Shown here: in pieces, positions 58,667 to 64,000 of the stretch
How positions within the stretch are numbered: the first letter of the stretch is position 1
Layout of the letters: every line of letters begins with the position of its first letter
Assembly: GCA_964016885.1 (NCBI GenBank)
Contig: OZ024764.1
Location: 15,934,001 to 15,998,000 of the forward strand
Direction of reading: 5' to 3'
Length of the DNA stretch: 64,000 nucleotides
Source: Eledone cirrhosa
Lineage: Eukaryota
Program-made: the position numbers and the translations under genes
Notes under the pieces: generated by a model
Databases searched by the model: none
Told to the model about the DNA's origin: nothing
Seen by the model: the letters and a program-made list of their open reading frames with translations, nothing else

Positions 58667-58915
58667 ATATCTGTCAACTCCCCAAGGACGCAGGAAGCTG
58701 TTCTAACTACAATCAACAATACTATCACAACTCGTGGACCGGTCAGTGTGAGACGTTTGTATACGGAGGTTGTGGAGGGAATGGAAACCGTTTCCCCACC
58801 TTCGGAGATTGTCAATTCCGATGTGGATCAAAGACAACACCTCCGTACACAACACCACCAACAACACCAACAACAACAACACCAGCCACTACCTCTAAGT
58901 TGAAGACTCCATCTA
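58667..58915 (+). CDS. Kunitz exon K9 (P1 Ser)
   Basis: Acceptor ctctctgcag, donor A|gtaagt; 249 bp. ICQLPKDAGSCSNYNQQYYHNSWTGQCETFVYGGCGGNGNRFPTFGDCQFRCGSKTTPPYTT... Confidence 0.93.
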
Positions 58916-59004
58916 GTAAGTGATATACCAACACTCCTCCTACATGTTACGTTGTCTTGTTGGTCAGTTAACGAATCCTACACACTGTGACAGTCTATAT
59001 TATA

Positions 59005-59541
59005 ATCATCATCACCGTTCTACGTCCGTTCTTCCACGCTAGCATGGGTTAGACGGGTTGTCCTGTTGTGGGCAGTGTCCGGTCGGCTGACCTTGTCTTG
59101 CTCATACGGGAACTGATTCTGGCTTCACTTCTACAGCTGGATGCCCTTCCTAACACCAACCTAATTTACAGTGAGTGCTGGGTGCTTTTTTTCCATGGCA
59201 CCTCCACAACCACTTTACAGTGTGGGCTGGGTGCTTTTTTGCCGTTGCACCTCCACGACCACTTTACAGTGAGTGCTGGGTGCTTTTTTTCCATGGCACC
59301 TCCACGATCACTTTAAAGTGAGTGCTGGGTGCTTTTTTACCATGGCGCCTACATGTCCACTTTGCAGTGGAATGATAGGGACCCCAGTCCCTATCATCTC
59401 ATTTCTACAGCTGAGTAAACTGGAGCAATGTGAAATAAAGTGTCTTGCTCAAGGAAACAACACATCACCCAGTCTGAGAATTGAACTCACAACCTTTCCA
59501 TTGCAAGGCCAATGCTCTAACCACTAAGCCATGTGCCTCCA
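59005..59541 (-). mobile_element. SINE family B in the K9-K10 intron
   Basis: Match to 3511-3853, with about 5 copies of an internal repeat of about 50 bp. Confidence 0.85.
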
Positions 59542-59656
59542 TCTATATATAACTGTGTAAATGTGTGTGTGTGTGTATATATGTGTGTGTATATGTGTAT
59601 GTAGTAAGAGAAGTACCCATTACATCTGTTCGCCATGCGCCATTGCCTCTCTGCAG

Positions 59657-59905
59657 ATATCTGTCAACTCCCCAAGGACACAGGAAGCTGTCATAGCTAC
59701 AGTCAACAATACTATCACAACTCGTGGACCGGTCAGTGTGAGACGTTTGTATACGGAGGTTGTGGAGGGAATGGAAACCGTTTCCCCACCTTCGGAGATT
59801 GTCAATTCCGATGTGGATCAAAGACAACACCTCCGTACACAACACCAACAACACCAACAACAACAACAACACCAGCCACCACCACTAAGTTGAAGACTCC
59901 ATCTA
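59657..59905 (+). CDS. Kunitz exon K10 (P1 His)
   Basis: Same splice sites as K9; 249 bp; loop DTGSCHSYSQQ. Confidence 0.92.
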
Positions 59906-59994
59906 GTAAGTGATATACCAACACTCCTCCTACATGTTACGCTGTCTTGTTGGTCAGTTAACGAATTCTACACACTGTGTCAGTCTATATACAT

Positions 59995-60600
59995 AAGAAT
60001 AAAAATAGACAGAGAAACGGGACTCTCCATCATCAGTAGTCTGCTGATTATCATTGGTATTTCTTCGCATTAAAGACATTTTTTTATTCACATATAATGT
60101 TTCCCCTCGCTGTGGTTCGTATTTTTTCTATCACCTTACTGCTATCCTCTTTCTCTCACCCCCTTCTCTCTCCTTGCACCTCTTGCTTTCATTCACCCCT
60201 CCGCTGGTCACACACTCTCTCGGCTGGCCCCTTCCTCACACTTTCACTCACTCACTATCTGCTACTCCCCCTCCCTCACTTCCTCCCGTTTGACCTGTGT
60301 GAAATCCTTTTCTCTCACTTTTCGAGCGGCTCGGACGTGTCTGCTTCTTCTCGTCGATTGATTTGCTCGGACTTAAGTCCACAAGATTCATTGACTTGTC
60401 TCTCTTTTCCTCGCTTTACGTTGCACTACTACTATGTCATTTGTTTACTTACCCTTTCCAATTCGCTCTGTCCCAACAACTTAATTTAGTTATCGCTTGG
60501 ACTGATTTTAGGTACTAGTCTTTAATGCGAAGAAATAGCAATGATAAACAGCAGACTACTGATGATGGACAGTCCCGTTTCTCGGTCTATTTTTATTCAT
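59995..60600. mobile_element. Element with about 60-bp inverted termini (possibly Penelope-derived); duplicated at 63470-64000
   Basis: aataaaaatagacagagaaacgggactctccatcatcagtagtctgctg is mirrored at 60540-60600. Confidence 0.55.
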
Positions 60601-60640
60601 ATGTATCACACTCGCAACAACGCAGGACGCCATTTTCTCA

Positions 60641-60674
<34 letters not shown>

Positions 60675-60700
60675 CAGTTAAAATCTACACACTGTGTCTT

Positions 60701-60742
<42 letters not shown>

Positions 60743-60774
60743 TATACCCAGTTAAAATCTACACACTGTGTCTT

Positions 60775-60821
<47 letters not shown>

Positions 60822-61001
60822 ATATATATCCAGTAAAAATCTACACACTGTGTCTGCCTATATATCTATATCTATATATACCCAGTCAAAATCTACACAC
60901 TGTGTCTTTGTGTATATATACCTATATCTATATCTATATATCTATAACGGCGATGAATTAGTTTTGCGAGGTTTTTTATATGAAATCGTGTGTTGAAACA
61001 A

Positions 61002-61718
61002 ATATTGTTATACTTGGGGAGGGTCGTATTGTTATACTTGGGGAGGGTCATATTGTTATACTTGGGGAGGGTCATATTTGTGTGATAATATTACCAGAAT
61101 TAATAACAGAACACACTCACTGTTTGGTTGGTTTTCGCTTCTGTGTCTTTTATATCGATTAATTTAATTTATTCGGTCCTCAATGTTGCCATTGGCTGAC
61201 TAACGGTCAAAAATACAGATACAATATAGACACAAACACATATATATAGTATATCAAAGTTCTTTCGTTGCACATCTGCAACATCGTCAGTGGTGCTATT
61301 ATGTTTCCTCCTGTTGTATTGTATGCCTATGCCATCTTTATTTAGTCTTTTTATTTATTTATTGGTTATTGTATTCTATCTTAGTTTACTAGTGTGTGTT
61401 TATATGTGTTTGTTGTTATTGTGCTTGTGTAGTATTTATTTATACTTTTCTTAGATCAGAGTTGTTTGTTTGAGTGGTGTTGTTATTCCATTCATTTTTT
61501 TCTGTTTAGCCTTGGCCTTTTAAGTTCTATTTCGCTGGCCTCTCTGATTTGCCTATCTGCTGGGTCATTTCTATGTTTAGATATTATTCTAATTTCTATG
61601 TTGTCTATGTTACCTTTGTGTTGTTGTCTGGCATGTTCGTATTATGTGAGTGTGTTATGTTATTAATTCTGGCAATATTATCACACAAATATGACCCTCC
61701 CCAAGTATAACAATATAT
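61002..61718 (-). mobile_element. Penelope-like retroelement 3' fragment: GIY-YIG C-terminus, hammerhead-like motif, inverted terminal repeat
   Basis: Minus strand about 61440-61642 reads YEHARQQHKGNIDNIEIRIISKHRNDPADRQIREASEIELKRPRLNRKNEW; CTGACGAt-GTTGCA gatg TGCAAC-GAAA at about 61262-61290; arms 61050-61108 and 61657-61716. Confidence 0.72.
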
Positions 61719-62193
61719 ATCTATATATATCCATCAAAAATCTACACACTGTGTCTGTCTATATATATATCTATATATATCCAGTAAAAATCTACACACT
61801 GTGTCTCTCTCTATATATATATCTATATATATATCCAGTAAAAATCTACACTCTGTGTCTGTCTATATATATATCTATATATATCCAGTAAAAATCTACA
61901 CACTGTGTCTGTCTATATATATATCTATATATATCCAGTAAAAATCTACACACTGTATCTATCTATATAATATATGTATATATATATATCTATTGGGGAC
62001 TGGGTGCTTTTTATCGTGACACCTACGCAACCACTTTACAGTGTGGACTGCATGCGTGTGTATGTGTGTGTGGTTATGTATATATGTATGTGTGTATATG
62101 TATGTGTGTATATGTATGTGTGTATATGCATGTGTATGTAGAGAGAGAAGTACCCATTACATTTGTTCGCCATGCGCCATTGCCTCTCTGCAG

Positions 62194-62442
62194 ATATCTG
62201 TCAACTCCCCAAGGATACAGGAAGCTGTTATAGCTACAGTCAACAATACTATCACAACTCGTGGACCGGTCAGTGTGAGACGTTTGTATACGGAGGTTGT
62301 GGAGGGAATGGAAACCGTTTCCCCACCTTCGGAGATTGTCAATTCCGATGTGGATCAAAGACAACACCTCCGTACACAACACCACCAACAACACCAACAA
62401 CAACAACACCAGCCACCACCACTAAGTTGAAGACTCCATCTA
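62194..62442 (+). CDS. Kunitz exon K11 (P1 Tyr)
   Basis: Same splice sites as K9; 249 bp; loop DTGSCYSYSQQ. Confidence 0.92.
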
Positions 62443-62530
62443 GTAAGTGATATACCAACACTCCTCCTACATGTTACGTTGTCTTGTTGGTCAGTTAACG
62501 AATCCTACACACTGTGACAGTCTATATCAT

Positions 62531-63018
62531 AATCATCATCACTGTTCTACGTCCGTTCTTCCACGCTAGCATGGGTTAGACGGGTTGTCCTGTTGTGGGC
62601 AGTGTCCGGTCGGCTGACCTTGTCTTGCTCATACGAGAACTGATTCTGGCTTCACTTCTACAGCTGGATGCCCTTCCTAACACCAACCTCATTTACAGTG
62701 AGTGCTGGGTGCTTTTTTGCCGTGGCACCTCCACGACCACTTTACAGTGAGTGCTGGGTGCTTTTTTGCCGTGGCACCTCCACGACTACTTTACAGTGAG
62801 TGCTGGGTGCTTTTTTGCCATGGTGCCTACACGTCCACTTTGCAGTGGAATGATAGGGACCCCAGTCCTATCATCTCATTTCTACAGCTGAGTAAACTGG
62901 AGCAATGTGAAATAAAGTGTCTTGCTCAAGGAAACAACACATCACCCAGTCTGAGAATTGAACTCACAACCTTTCCATTGCAAGGCCAATGCTCTAACCA
63001 CTAAGCGATGTGCTTCCA
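62531..63018 (-). mobile_element. SINE family B in the K11-K12 intron (co-duplicated with 59005-59541)
   Basis: Same insertion point relative to the exon; one fewer internal repeat. Confidence 0.85.
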
Positions 63019-63131
63019 TCTATCTATAACTGTGTATATGTGTGTCTGTGTATATATGTGTATGTATATGTGTATGTAGTAAGAGAAGTACCCATTACAT
63101 CTGTTCGCCATGCGCCATTGCCTCTCTGCAG

Positions 63132-63380
63132 ATATCTGTCAACTCCCCAAGGATACAGGAAGCTGTCATAGCTACAGTCAACAATACTATCACAACTCGT
63201 GGACCGGTCAGTGTGAGACGTTTGTATACGGAGGTTGTGGAGGGAATGGAAACCGTTTCCCCACCTTCGGAGATTGTCACTTCCGATGTGGATCAAAGAC
63301 AACACCTCCGTACACAACACCACCAACAACACCAACAACAACAACACCAGCCACCACCACTAAGTTGAAGACTCCATCTA
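63132..63380 (+). CDS. Kunitz exon K12 (P1 His)
   Basis: Same splice sites as K9; 249 bp; loop DTGSCHSYSQQ; ends CHFRC instead of CQFRC. Confidence 0.92.
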
Positions 63381-64000
63381 GTAAGTGATATACCAACACT
63401 CCTCCTACATGTTACGCTGTCTTGTTGGTCAGTTAACGAATTCTACACACTGTGTCAGTCTATATACATAAGAATAAAAATAGACAGAGAAACGGGACTC
63501 TCCATCATCAGTAGTCTGCTGATTATCATTGGTATTTCTTCGCATTAAAGACATTTTTTTATTCACATATAATGTTTCCCCTCGCTGTGGTTCGTATTTT
63601 TTCTATCACCTTACTGCTATCCTCTTTCTCTCACCCCCTTCTCTCTCCTTGCACCTCTTGCTTTCATTCACCCCTCCGCTGGTCACACACTCTCTCGGCT
63701 GGCCCCTTCCTCACACTTTCACTCACTCACTATCTGCTACTCCCCCTCCCTCACTTCCTCCCGTTTGACCTGTGTGAAATCCTTTTCTCTCACATTTCGA
63801 GCGGCTCGGACGTGTCTGCTTCTTCTCGTCGATTGATTTGCTCGGACTTAAGTCCACAAGATTCATTGACTTGTCTCTCTTTTCCTCGCTTTACGTTGCA
63901 CTACTACTATGTCATTTGTTTACTTACCCTTTCCAATTCGCTCTGTCCCAACAACTTAATTTAGTTATCGCTTGGACTGATTTTAGGTACTAGTCTTTAA

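Noticed and set aside
60548-60590. CTGATGA motif as a hammerhead
   Set aside because: It is followed by GTTTC rather than GAAAC in both arms, so the core is incomplete.

Overview
Eukaryotic, AT-rich, repeat-saturated animal DNA. The SINE families and huge (TA)n tracts suggest an octopod cephalopod (inference). Almost all long ORFs in the track are translations of microsatellites or minisatellites. The one real gene is on the + strand: at least 12 symmetric phase-1 exons (31433-63380), each encoding one Kunitz/BPTI domain, most with a Thr/Pro-rich linker. They splice into 921 uninterrupted codons; neither end of the gene was found. The array appears to be growing by tandem exon duplication. 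The four youngest exons are nearly identical except at the reactive loop (P1 = Ser, His, Tyr, His); over all 12 domains P1 reads R,A,N,Y,D,L,Y,Y,S,H,Y,H. The rest is a DD37D (maT) and a mariner transposon remnant, piggyBac-like TTAA MITEs with an expandable 72-bp repeat, two tRNA-derived SINE families, RTE-clade LINE fragments (three of which gave rise to minisatellites from the same RT segment), and Penelope-like hairpin insertions carrying hammerhead-ribozyme motifs. Exon boundaries were read base by base; repeat boundaries are approximate.
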